Assembly (NCBI GenBank): GCA_964343575.1
Contig: CAYFJV010000001.1
Span: 62,001 to 91,401 of the forward strand
DNA length: 29,401 bases
Source of the DNA: an uncultured Methanosarcinales archaeon
GTDB lineage: Archaea > Nanobdellota > Nanobdellia > Woesearchaeales > GW2011-AR9
Reading direction: 5' to 3'
Below the pieces are notes generated by a model. That model ran no database searches. It had not been told where the DNA came from and saw only the letters and a list, made by a program, of their open reading frames with translations. The position numbers and the translations under genes are program-made. Shown one piece after another: positions 1-8,702 of this stretch. Position 1 is the stretch's first letter; each line of letters begins with the position of its first letter.

Positions 1-70
1 TTTTTTCGATCGCTAGAATTGAGTTCTCTTGAAAAGGATCTAGGGTGAGCCCTTTGAATTTCATTGACAT
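1..70 (-). CDS. 5' end of probable Ski2/HelY-like DEAD/DEAH-box helicase (runs off window)
   Basis: Not in ORF track. Minus strand from ATG at 70 reads MSMKFKGLTLDPFQENSILAIEK; 'LDPFQxxxIxxIE' resembles the Q-motif preceding Walker A in Ski2-like helicases. TATA-like CTTATAA ~30 nt upstream. Confidence 0.55.
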   Translation of the reverse strand, partial: MSMKFKGLTLDPFQENSILAIEK

Positions 71-130
71 ATTGGGTTCTGAGAAGGGGAGTTGGGGTTA
101 TAAGGGTTTCTGTGTTTTCTTTACTGTGTT

Positions 131-670
131 TTATCTATATAAGCGATAATCAAGCGTTGAGAAATAATTTTGTGTTCTGCGATCCATTTCAAATCTAGTT
201 AACTCGCCTATGAGTTTGTTAAAATTCCCTGTGCCTGACCATCCGCCGTTTTTCATCCAAGCATCTAAGACAAGTCCCGCTTGGACTTGTGATCTTGTTG
301 TGTATTCTTTTCCAATGGTAATCTCAATAGATCTTGCTGCTCTTTGAGATGCGATATGGTGGATCTTAAGGAGTGCATGTGTTCTTGCAAACATTTGAAA
401 CCCACCTTGGCTTCTCCCAGAGACTATGCCTACTTTATCTGAATATTCCCTTATCTCTTGGATAATTTCTTCTTCACCGAATGGGTTGGTTCTAGTGTAA
501 ACGTGATTAATGCAACTTACGCATCCCATCTCTCTTCCTTGTGCTATTAGCTCTGAATTTTCTGGTTGCCTACCTACAAGGATAAGTTCAGGAAGCTCTA
601 TTGTTTCAGGTGAAGTTCCTAGTGCGCGAGAAAAATTTCCAGAAACCTTGTTCATTCTACCAGAAAGCAT
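131..670 (-). CDS. hypothetical protein (179 aa)
   Basis: Longest ORF in the interval, ATG start, co-oriented with neighbours; no recognisable motif. Confidence 0.6.
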   Translation of the reverse strand: MLSGRMNKVSGNFSRALGTSPETIELPELILVGRQPENSELIAQGREMGCVSCINHVYTRTNPFGEEEIIQEIREYSDKVGIVSGRSQGGFQMFARTHALLKIHHIASQRAARSIEITIGKEYTTRSQVQAGLVLDAWMKNGGWSGTGNFNKLIGELTRFEMDRRTQNYFSTLDYRLYR

Positions 671-750
671 TGGTGTTTTGCCAAAGTGCCTTCATAAAAT
701 GATTTGCCCGCAATTCTGTGGTTTTTGTGTTTTTTGCTTTAGTCAAGATT

Positions 751-1080
751 CTAATTAAAGAGATCTAAAACGCCACTTTGAGCGAGTACTGCAATGGTCA
801 GACCAAGAATAATAAGAAAGGAGTAGAGTATTCTGAGCTCGAATGCTTCTGCTTTGAGTTCTTTGTCTTTGTAGCTTTTGATAAAAATAGCATGGTAAAG
901 AAAAACTCTCCCTCTGATTACTGCTAGAGTACTCACCCGATCACCTCTCATTGGCGGATCCCACTCTTTGTAGTAGGAAGTTTCTTTACTCATAACTTGC
1001 TTAAGAAATTTCAGATACCTTCCATGGATGAGTAAGGATAAACAAAGGAGTACAAAAAAAACAATAAAAAATTTTTCCAT
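751..1080 (-). CDS. small membrane protein (2 predicted TM helices)
   Basis: Hydrophobic N- and C-terminal segments; starts 2 nt after the stop of the upstream gene (operon). Confidence 0.7.
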   Translation of the reverse strand: MEKFFIVFFVLLCLSLLIHGRYLKFLKQVMSKETSYYKEWDPPMRGDRVSTLAVIRGRVFLYHAIFIKSYKDKELKAEAFELRILYSFLIILGLTIAVLAQSGVLDLFN

Positions 1081-1082
1081 TT

Positions 1083-1568
1083 TTAAGAGAAAGACATCAT
1101 CTTTTCCTTCTTTGCCTTCTTAAGATGGTTTACAAAGGTAATCCACAGTGTTACTCTTACAATGGTACCAACAGTAATGATCACAAAGGCGAATGTGCTT
1201 CCTGCTGCTATAAAGAAAGCACCTGCATTCGTGAAAGAATCTTGCGCTATTAAAAAAGAAGTGATTAAGACTTCTGTAATACTCTTGATGATCGCCGCAC
1301 TGAAGGCAATGTGTGTCCATGAGATTACATCTTTCTTTACTCTGTAGAGTTTTAGAAAGTAGATAATCATTATTGGTGTGTAGATCAGCGCAATCAATGC
1401 TGTTGCCATAGAAAAGCTTAACGTTGTGCTAGGAACAGTTCCAAGAAGAAAAAGAACTGTGGAAATAATGCTTGTAAAAATAGAGGAAATACCTTGCAGT
1501 ATGGCAATCCCTACTAGAACTAACATTATAATCGTAAATGTTGTTTTGCTTGTTTTTTTCGTTTTCAT
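1083..1568 (-). CDS. integral membrane protein (~4 TM helices)
   Basis: Four hydrophobic stretches, basic termini; archaeal-type SD AGGTGA a few nt upstream of the ATG. Confidence 0.75.
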   Translation of the reverse strand: MKTKKTSKTTFTIIMLVLVGIAILQGISSIFTSIISTVLFLLGTVPSTTLSFSMATALIALIYTPIMIIYFLKLYRVKKDVISWTHIAFSAAIIKSITEVLITSFLIAQDSFTNAGAFFIAAGSTFAFVIITVGTIVRVTLWITFVNHLKKAKKEKMMSFS

Positions 1569-1580
1569 TTTCTATCACCT

Positions 1581-2411
1581 TCAATTTGATTCAGTCCAAA
1601 TTGGAAGCTCAACCCATCTCTCTGTTGGAGAGTATGTGATTCTTGCTTCTCTACTTGGACAATCATTTGGTTCTATATTAATGATTGTTTCTAAAGTACC
1701 GTCTTGTGGTTGACTCTCACTAAAGGTAAGGTTGTGGTGTTTTCCTGAAACGTCAAAGAACTCTCCATTTGGGTTGGAGTTCCCTTCACTTGCTTCAACA
1801 TTGAATGAAATAGATCGTCCATTGTAGTTGATGTCAGTTGAATGGTTCTTTGTTAAGAAGATTTCATAATCTCTATGTGAAAAAACTCTGCTGCTGGTGT
1901 TCATGTCTATGTAAAATGTGTTTGTATACAGACAAGTTCTATCTGAAAATTCATTCACAATCAGAATCTCCGCATCCACTTCGAATTCTTCTTGGTTTAT
2001 AATCACTGGAGGATTATCATAACTTTCATACTCAATTGCACAACTTTCAATATCGCCCTCCTCAGCGTAAGCTTGTACGCTGAATGTAGTGAGAGCAGAC
2101 TCAATTCTAATGTCAACAAAATATGTTTCGGGACTTGCAACAACACTGAATGGTTCGAGACCATTGAAAGTTTGAAATTCTCCATTCCCTCTGTAGTCCG
2201 TGTTTAGGTTTAGTCTTACAATCCCAATTTCTTGAGTATCACAAGGATCTTGGTTATCTGAGTCTAGAAGGCCAGAATCAATTGAATCTGTGTGGTAGTT
2301 AGTATCTTGTTGCACTGCGGTTTCAAGTGCTACTGGTTCAGTTGGCTCTGTATTTGGTGCACAGGCACCTAAGTATGCTGCAGTGATTACTGCAAGTGCT
2401 TTGTATGTCAT
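1581..2411 (-). CDS. putative lipoprotein, acidic beta-rich exported protein
   Basis: Start re-assigned to ATG at 2411 (MTYKALAVITAAYLGAC, lipobox-like LGA-C, GGAG upstream). The ORF-track extension to 2471 lies in the conserved leader element. Confidence 0.7.
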   Translation of the reverse strand: MTYKALAVITAAYLGACAPNTEPTEPVALETAVQQDTNYHTDSIDSGLLDSDNQDPCDTQEIGIVRLNLNTDYRGNGEFQTFNGLEPFSVVASPETYFVDIRIESALTTFSVQAYAEEGDIESCAIEYESYDNPPVIINQEEFEVDAEILIVNEFSDRTCLYTNTFYIDMNTSSRVFSHRDYEIFLTKNHSTDINYNGRSISFNVEASEGNSNPNGEFFDVSGKHHNLTFSESQPQDGTLETIINIEPNDCPSREARITYSPTERWVELPIWTESN

Positions 2412-2443
2412 GTTCTCATCTCCATATCTATATGATTTAGGGA

Positions 2444-2603
2444 AACAGAAATCTTCAGCGGGACAGAGCACATACTTTTTGCTGAGGATTTTTGGGGAAA
2501 ATTAAGCAGAAAATCGAACAGAGTAAAGCAAGTTACTTTGCAGGATTTTCAGGGATATCTCCCGGGTTGTTGTTCCTAAACCTGGTCCCAATTTTCTTGG
2601 GAT
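2444..2603 (-). ncRNA. conserved structured 5'-leader element, copy 1
   Basis: About 85% identical by eye over the first ~125 nt to 8494-8658 (inverted orientation); several hairpins; begins 30 nt after TTTATAA. Confidence 0.65.
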
Positions 2604-2623
2604 GAGATTCGAAGAATTGCGCC

Positions 2624-2640
2624 TTTTTATAAAATTTTTC
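2624..2640 (-). promoter_or_regulatory. archaeal BRE + TATA box
   Basis: Minus strand GAAAAATTTTATAAAAA upstream of leader copy 1. Confidence 0.65.
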
Positions 2641-2705
2641 AAAAAAACACCAAATGTGCTGCTTTTCTCTTTTTATTTTTGTAATTATTAAAATGGTGTT
2701 TTAGG

Positions 2706-4523
2706 TTAGTTCTTCACTTCTTCTAACCAACCCTTTATGATGGCAAAGCCGCCTTCCCAGAACTTAGCATCTGTGATGTTTACATCAACGCTCTTGAGCA
2801 ATTTTACTGGATCTTGACTTCCGCCCGCTTTGAGAATCTTTTCTAGTTTGGGTAAGAATGCTTTTCCTTCCTCTTTGTATCTTGCATAAAGTGCAAGACT
2901 GAGGAGTTCTCCAAAGTTGTAGGCATAAATGTAAAACGGGCTGTGGAAAATGTGTGGCATGTAAGACCATTCATACTTAAATTCTTCAGAGATTTCAACA
3001 GCATCACCAAAATGCTCTGTAAGAGTTGAGAAGAAAATCTTTGAGAGTTCGTCTTTGTTGATCCCTTCTTGAAGTGCTTTGTGAGCGAGTATTTCAAATT
3101 TTAAGAAATAGTTTTGACGAATGATTGTGGCGTAACTGTCTGCTAGCTTGTCCATGAGCATTGCTGTTTTTTCTTCTTTACTTTTTGTTCTAGAAAGCAT
3201 CTCTTCAAAGACAATCATCTCTCCAAAGGTACTTGCTGTTTCGCAAAGAGGAAGTGGGGCGTGTGTTACACTATGATAATGCTTGCTTGCGTACATATCA
3301 TGCACTGCATGACCCAACTCATGAGCCAAAGTCGAGACATCTGTTTGTCTTCCAGTATAATTTGTTAAGACATAAGGTAAAATCGAAGGAGTAATACTCA
3401 TACAGAAAGCGCCATTTCTTTTGTTTTCTTTTGGATGACTATCTAGATGTCCTGCCTGAAGAACAGATTTTGCCTTTTGTGCAAAGTCTGGAGAAAAATT
3501 TTCGAAGGTTTCAAAGACAATTTTTTTTGCTTCTTTGAAAGGAATTTGCTCTTTTTTTCTTTGACTAATTGGAGCATAGACATCATATCTTCTTAACTTC
3601 TTAACCCCAAGCATTTTTGCCTTTATCTTGAAGTATTCCTGGAAGAGATCTGTGTTCTTCTCACATGTTTTTAGGAGCGTTTCTATAACTTTATCGGGGA
3701 TTTGGTTTGCAAAGTTTCGCACAGAGATACTGTTTGGATACTTTCTTATTTTTGCTTCTTGCGCCCAATCTTTTGCAATGGCTGCATAGATCAAAAACAA
3801 TTTATCACTGTTCTTCTGATATGGTTCTAAGAGTGCTTGGTAAGCAGCTTTTCTTATTTTTGGATCTTTATTTCTCACGTAGGCAACTACTTTTTCTTGT
3901 CCTTTAATCTTCTTCTCCTCTATGCTTCCGTCTTCTCTTTCTATCTTCATTGTGTAAATAAAATCGTTAACAATAAGATCGTAAAGCTCACTAATCACAT
4001 CAATTCCATTGGTATCTTTTTTGTGAATGAGTTGTTCTTCTTTTACTGAAAGTGTATGTTTTGCTGCTTCTCTGCTGTGATTTAAGGAAAAGTTGAGGTC
4101 TGGAATGCTCTTGAAGAGTCGCTTTGCGTTTGTATCGTCAAGCATGTCTTTTTCTTTGATATCTTCAACTGGAAGTCCTTTGATCCAATGACTTAAGAAT
4201 AAAGTCTCTTCACTGATCTTGATACTGAGGTTGTCAAGCTTGCTTTGGAAAACTCTTGCCTCTTGGTTTTTGATATCTGTTGCTAGAAGAAGGCTGGTGT
4301 AAGCACCAAGCCTGCTTAGGTCCTCTTTGAACTCTTCACTGAGTTCCATAATCTCTTTGAATCGTTTCTCTGTGAGTGTAGGAGAAAGTTCTTTTTTGAT
4401 TACTTTGAATTGTTTGAGTTCGGTTTCTACTTTTTGATAAAGCTTGTCGAATTCTTTGTTTGGAATGATATCATCTAATTGCCAGTTTGTGCCTTCTTTT
4501 TTTTCTTGATCTTGTTTTGTCAT
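2706..4523 (-). CDS. pepF: M3B family oligoendopeptidase F
   Basis: N-terminal WQLDDI, KRNGAF, zinc motif TLAHELGHAVH, CETASTFGE, WSYMPHIF..PFYIYAYNFG; 605 aa. Confidence 0.93.
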   Translation of the reverse strand: MTKQDQEKKEGTNWQLDDIIPNKEFDKLYQKVETELKQFKVIKKELSPTLTEKRFKEIMELSEEFKEDLSRLGAYTSLLLATDIKNQEARVFQSKLDNLSIKISEETLFLSHWIKGLPVEDIKEKDMLDDTNAKRLFKSIPDLNFSLNHSREAAKHTLSVKEEQLIHKKDTNGIDVISELYDLIVNDFIYTMKIEREDGSIEEKKIKGQEKVVAYVRNKDPKIRKAAYQALLEPYQKNSDKLFLIYAAIAKDWAQEAKIRKYPNSISVRNFANQIPDKVIETLLKTCEKNTDLFQEYFKIKAKMLGVKKLRRYDVYAPISQRKKEQIPFKEAKKIVFETFENFSPDFAQKAKSVLQAGHLDSHPKENKRNGAFCMSITPSILPYVLTNYTGRQTDVSTLAHELGHAVHDMYASKHYHSVTHAPLPLCETASTFGEMIVFEEMLSRTKSKEEKTAMLMDKLADSYATIIRQNYFLKFEILAHKALQEGINKDELSKIFFSTLTEHFGDAVEISEEFKYEWSYMPHIFHSPFYIYAYNFGELLSLALYARYKEEGKAFLPKLEKILKAGGSQDPVKLLKSVDVNITDAKFWEGGFAIIKGWLEEVKN

Positions 4524-4600
4524 GAGTCTTCGAAGAAGTAGGGGGAATATAAAGCTTGTTGTGTTTTACTCGTATTTGCTTTAGACCTTATTTCCTATCT

Positions 4601-5353
4601 CTAGGCAACGTTGGAGGTGATTCTCTCTAATTTTGCTAACCTTTCTTTTCTTAGGTCGATTCTTCTTTCTGTCATAAATTCTTGGTATCCTTCTAGAGCT
4701 TCTCTGTAGTGAACCCTTCTGACCATCCCTTTCTTTCCTTTTCTCATGCCAAATAAAGAAACTCTTTGTTCAAGCTCTTCTTTTCTTTGATCTCTTCCAA
4801 GTCCGCTAAGATATCTACAAAATATCCTCACTAAATCTGAATCTCTGGTAAGAACCGCAACTCTTTTTCCTTGATAAGCAGCATGGATCCCAGCACCCAC
4901 AATCTCTAAATCTGCTGGACTCTCATTTTCTAGGAAGGGGATTGCACTATCATATCTCCTTAAACATCTTCTAATTCTTCCAAGGGCAGTAACCTGTTGG
5001 GATAAAAGATCAAGACATTCTTCTGCGGTGCGACTCTTTCCTCTTTTTCCATTCAAATAATCTTGGCTTAGAGCAAAGTAAAGAAGCTTTTTTCTCATCT
5101 CTTCTCTTACCTTAGGGGTTGTGTGAGCAGGGAGTCTTCTAAACTGTTCTAACTGCCAAAGGAGTGCTTCAACTTCTCTTTCTACGGGCTTTCTTAAAAC
5201 AGTAAAATCTTGGTTTGTTCTTGCTTTTTTAATCTCTGCTAAGCGATCATTAGAAAGTCCGAGTGCGCAAGTATCAACGAGAAGGAGATCATAACTTTCT
5301 ATTGCTCTGGGAAGTTCTTCGAGTTTTCCTAAATAATCTGGTGACCAAAGCAT
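4601..5353 (-). CDS. PIN-domain-like putative nuclease
   Basis: Acidic PIN signature in order: LLVDTCAL, TPKVREE, SPADLEIV, VLTRDSDL. Confidence 0.7.
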   Translation of the reverse strand: MLWSPDYLGKLEELPRAIESYDLLLVDTCALGLSNDRLAEIKKARTNQDFTVLRKPVEREVEALLWQLEQFRRLPAHTTPKVREEMRKKLLYFALSQDYLNGKRGKSRTAEECLDLLSQQVTALGRIRRCLRRYDSAIPFLENESPADLEIVGAGIHAAYQGKRVAVLTRDSDLVRIFCRYLSGLGRDQRKEELEQRVSLFGMRKGKKGMVRRVHYREALEGYQEFMTERRIDLRKERLAKLERITSNVA

Positions 5354-5417
5354 ATGATCTTAGAATGCGCTTCTTTTAAAAAACTAGAGATATAAAATTG
5401 TCTAATAATCTTCTTTC

Positions 5418-6188
5418 TTAGCATCTTGTTTGTTGATTTCTCTGCCTTCTCTTTCCTCTTCTCCTTCTTGATTTTGCTTCTCTTGCTTTGTAGATACTAA
5501 AAGCTATGCTGAGATCAACCTTTCTTACTTTTTCTGCATCATCTTCTTCCACACGATAAATCTCAAAAAAACTACTCACAAAACCAATTATATCTTCTTG
5601 GCCATTAAGGTACTTGTAGGTGAGAAAAACAATATCATCATCTCTAGTGAGTAAAATTACTTTTTCGTTCTCTTGGGTGTACCTTCCAAGAGCAGCTCCG
5701 ACTAATTTCCTATCTACTCTGTATTTCTCTAAGTGTGAGTTGATCTCAACAATTGGACCCTCATATCTTTCAATTCCTTCTAAAACAGACCTGGCACTTT
5801 CTCTTACTCCTTCTATGGAACCTATCACTCTTTGTAGCCGTGCTCTCTCTTCTCTGCGCATTTCATGCTGTTCTCTTTTCAACTTTCTTCTTAAGAATTC
5901 TTCTCTTCCTGCTAAGAGTCTTGTATACTTTCCTGCTTCTTCCAAAACTTCATTGACAGTTATCGCTCTTCCTCTAAAGAGTTCCCTTTGTCTTTGCAGC
6001 GCTCTTTGCTCAGATCTCATTTTTCCCAAGAGGGTGACATACTCCTCAGTATTTCTTGCTTCTTTGAGATTTCTGCTTAATCCGTTTCTCACCCCAAGAG
6101 CACAATTATCTAAAAAAAAGAATGGGGATCCTTCTAGAACTCCTTCTAGGGCCATTGTAGGTGAAAGGTAACTCTCGCTCCAAACCAT
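5418..6188 (-). CDS. PIN-domain-like putative nuclease (paralog of 4601-5353)
   Basis: FLDNCAL, TVNEVLEE, VDRKLVGAA, LLTRDDDI. Start re-assigned to MVWSESYL, matching MLWSPDYL of the paralog. Confidence 0.7.
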   Translation of the reverse strand: MVWSESYLSPTMALEGVLEGSPFFFLDNCALGVRNGLSRNLKEARNTEEYVTLLGKMRSEQRALQRQRELFRGRAITVNEVLEEAGKYTRLLAGREEFLRRKLKREQHEMRREERARLQRVIGSIEGVRESARSVLEGIERYEGPIVEINSHLEKYRVDRKLVGAALGRYTQENEKVILLTRDDDIVFLTYKYLNGQEDIIGFVSSFFEIYRVEEDDAEKVRKVDLSIAFSIYKAREAKSRRRRGKRRQRNQQTRC

Positions 6189-6247
6189 AAGAAAGTATTT
6201 TTGAGGGCTACTTAAAAAGGGTTCCCTTGTTTTTCCTCCTCTTCTTC

Positions 6248-8242
6248 TCAACCGTGTCGCAGGAATTTCTTCTCTAGTTCTTCAGCAGAAATCTTGGCCA
6301 CAATTGCTCTTCCATGGGGGCAAGTGTAAGGTAAGTTACAGTCGACTAACTCTTTCATCAACTTCTTGATCTGTGGAATGGTCATGGTATCTCCTGCTTT
6401 TACTGAAGCTCGACAAGCCATTCGAGTGATGATCTCTTCTTGCAAGCGTTCCAACTCTTTTACTTTTCCTTCGGCAATTTCTTTGATAATAATGTAGACT
6501 AGCTCTTTGCTCAGGTTTCTTCCAAAAATAGTTGGCATAGAGCTCAGGAAATAATCGTTCTCTCCAAAGTGTTCAAGAGTGAAACCAAAATCTTTGAGCT
6601 TCCATATGTGTTTTTCGACAATGGCTTTTTCTGCTGCAGTAAAGGTTAAGAGTTCTTTTTCAAGGAGTTGTTGGGTCTCGACTTTCTTGTTTAAGTATTC
6701 AGTCATAAAACGCTCATAGAGAACACGCTCCTGTACAACGTGTTGATCGATGAGAAGCATTCCTCCCGGTGTTTCAGCTACGAAAAATGTCTTGTGAATT
6801 TGCCCCAACACTTTCATTGGGGGAAACCTGATGCTTCCTGCGATGAAGTTTTCGTGTTGGTGTTCTGGCCTGGTAAGCTCTTCTGTTCTCGCAGATTGGA
6901 TGATTTGCTCAGCACTGCTTCCATAAGCTGCAATTTCACTTGCTTCTTTCACCTTTGGGTTAGTATAAGTAGTGCTGTAACTTGCAGTACTTTCTTGTTG
7001 CATCTCTTTTTCAATATTGTTTGTTGCTTGTGTGTCTAATTGTAACTCTGCTGTGTTTGTTTGCGCATTTGTATCTGGAAAGACAGTTTGTTCAGATTTT
7101 TCAAAGGCGTATTTTGGATAAGGAGATTTTTCTTGTGGTTTTGGCTCTCCAAAAGTGATCTGTTCTTCAACTTCTAAAGTAAATTCTGGGATAAGATTAT
7201 TCTTTCTGAGAGCTTCGTGCACTGCGTTATAGACTGCTTGATAGACAATTTCTTTTTGCTCAACTTTAATTTCTGTTTTGTTTGGGTGCACGTTGACATC
7301 AATACTTTTTGGATCAAGATCAACATTGAGAATAAAGATGGGATGTTTTCCAGTGAAGAGTAAAGAGTGATAAGCATCGTAAACTGCTTGACTCATGCTT
7401 GCATTTTTCACCCACCTTCCATTAACAAAGAAAGCTTGTTGTGTTTTGTCATTCCTGGCAGAGAGTGGTTTTGAGATGTAGCCTTCCACCTTGATAGCAT
7501 TCTCTTCGTGGAGTCTGCTTACCTTAAGTAAGTCTTTTGCAATGCTTGACCCATAGATGTAAGAAATATTTGTTCTTTGATGCTCAGTGCTTGTTGCGTT
7601 AAGAATTTCTTTTCCCTCATTGATGAGTTTGAAAGAAACATGCGGGTTTGCAAGCGCATATTTAGTAATAATATCAATGATGTGTTTAAGCTCAACAAGG
7701 TCACTTTTGAGAAACTTTTTTCTTGCAGGTGTGTTAAAGAAAAGGTCTCGAATAGTAATGCTTGTTCCAAGATTTGCTGCTGCAATAGTTGATCTAGTAA
7801 TTTGTCCCCCTTCAACATTGATCTGGTAACCTTCAAGGTTTTCTTCCCTGTGTTCAATACTTGGTCCTTGCACTCTTCCTTGATTGTTTCTGATTCTTTT
7901 TTTGGTTAAAATCTGTAATCTTGATACTGCAGAAATGCTTGCTAAAGCTTCTCCTCTGAAACCAAGACTTATGATGTTAAAGAGATCATCTTGCGTTTTG
8001 ATCTTACTGGTTGCATGCCTTAGGATGGATTTTTTGGCATCTTCTTCATCCATTCCTTCCCCATTGTCAATGACTTTGATGAGTTTTTTTCCCGCTTCTT
8101 TGATCTCTACGATGATTTGTGTGGATCCCGCATCGAGGCTGTTCTCGACCAATTCTTTTACTACGCTGGCAGGTCTTTCTACCACTTCACCTGCTGCAAT
8201 TTTGTTGATAATGTCCTCAGAAAGCATGCTAATTTTTGGCAT
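6248..8242 (-). CDS. mutL: DNA mismatch repair endonuclease MutL
   Basis: KIAAGEVVERPASVVKELVENSLDAG, GFRGEALASI, FFNTPARKKF, DVNVHP, C-terminal DQHVVQERVLYE / ACR / CPHGR. Start re-assigned to MPKISML at 8242, TATA-like CTTATAAA just upstream. Confidence 0.97.
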   Translation of the reverse strand: MPKISMLSEDIINKIAAGEVVERPASVVKELVENSLDAGSTQIIVEIKEAGKKLIKVIDNGEGMDEEDAKKSILRHATSKIKTQDDLFNIISLGFRGEALASISAVSRLQILTKKRIRNNQGRVQGPSIEHREENLEGYQINVEGGQITRSTIAAANLGTSITIRDLFFNTPARKKFLKSDLVELKHIIDIITKYALANPHVSFKLINEGKEILNATSTEHQRTNISYIYGSSIAKDLLKVSRLHEENAIKVEGYISKPLSARNDKTQQAFFVNGRWVKNASMSQAVYDAYHSLLFTGKHPIFILNVDLDPKSIDVNVHPNKTEIKVEQKEIVYQAVYNAVHEALRKNNLIPEFTLEVEEQITFGEPKPQEKSPYPKYAFEKSEQTVFPDTNAQTNTAELQLDTQATNNIEKEMQQESTASYSTTYTNPKVKEASEIAAYGSSAEQIIQSARTEELTRPEHQHENFIAGSIRFPPMKVLGQIHKTFFVAETPGGMLLIDQHVVQERVLYERFMTEYLNKKVETQQLLEKELLTFTAAEKAIVEKHIWKLKDFGFTLEHFGENDYFLSSMPTIFGRNLSKELVYIIIKEIAEGKVKELERLQEEIITRMACRASVKAGDTMTIPQIKKLMKELVDCNLPYTCPHGRAIVAKISAEELEKKFLRHG

Positions 8243-8456
8243 GATGAAGATAAGGAAATTTAGCTTTATAAGCATTTGTGGAATGGAGCAAACAGGAGCT
8301 TTATGGGGTTGTGCTTGGCTGGCTAGGAGCTTATTTTGTTGTGGTTTTTGTCTATTTTTGCTTGCTTTTTGTTGTTTGTGAGCTTTAAAAAGGCTAAATT
8401 TTGTCTGGCAGATTTCCCATTTTTGAGAAGTTTTCACTGAAAAGTGACAAACTGCC

Positions 8457-8473
8457 CAAAAGTTTTATAAATA
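8457..8473 (+). promoter_or_regulatory. archaeal BRE + TATA box
   Basis: CAAAAGTTTTATAAATA upstream of leader copy 2, divergent from mutL. Confidence 0.65.
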
Positions 8474-8493
8474 AATGCTGCTTTTCGCTTCTT

Positions 8494-8658
8494 ATCCCAG
8501 GAAATCTGGGACCGGGTTTAGGAACAACAACCTGGGGAATTTCCCTGAAAATCCTGCAAAGTGAATTGTTTTCCTTTGTTTGATTTTCTGCTTCATTTTT
8601 CCCTAAAAATCCTCAGTGAAGAAGAGAGTATGCTCTTGTTTTGCTGAAGATTTCTGTT
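8494..8658 (+). ncRNA. conserved structured 5'-leader element, copy 2
   Basis: Homologous to the reverse complement of 2444-2603; compensatory change in the first hairpin; begins 30 nt after TTTATAA. Confidence 0.65.
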
Positions 8659-8702
8659 GTTTTCTGAGCCTTTCGTTTAAGATTAAAAGAGGCTACAAAA
8701 AA

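Noticed and set aside
2426..2556. Mini CRISPR array interpretation of the internal repeats
   Set aside because: Only two to three degenerate units, the 'spacers' are conserved between the two loci, and no cas genes are present.
5620..6171. 183-aa plus-strand ORF and other antisense or overlapping ORFs (e.g. 7884-8381, 15809-16213, 25669-26217, 26758-27195)
   Set aside because: Shadows of well-supported genes on the opposite strand or another frame, with no motifs.
4601..6188. PIN proteins as HARP (protein-only RNase P)
   Set aside because: They lack the HARP-typical GLRxAE spike-helix and GxLDS motifs; only generic PIN residues are visible.
8243..8437. N-terminal extension of MutL in the ORF track (likewise MutS 18064-18201, ORF 8616-8702, ORF 2412-2471)
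   Set aside because: Low-complexity translations of intergenic, promoter or leader DNA; family homology and promoter/SD positions indicate downstream starts.
8494..8658. Leader element as a known riboswitch (c-di-GMP-I, c-di-AMP or cobalamin)
   Set aside because: It has fragments such as GAAA-loop..GGGAC and GGGAA..UGAAAAUCC, but lacks the adjacent GCAAAGC junction of c-di-GMP-I and the paired stem and B12 box of cobalamin switches. An Rfam search is needed to exclude this formally.
2444..8658. Composite transposon bounded by the inverted copies
   Set aside because: No transposase or integrase, no target-site duplication seen, and the cargo includes housekeeping genes.
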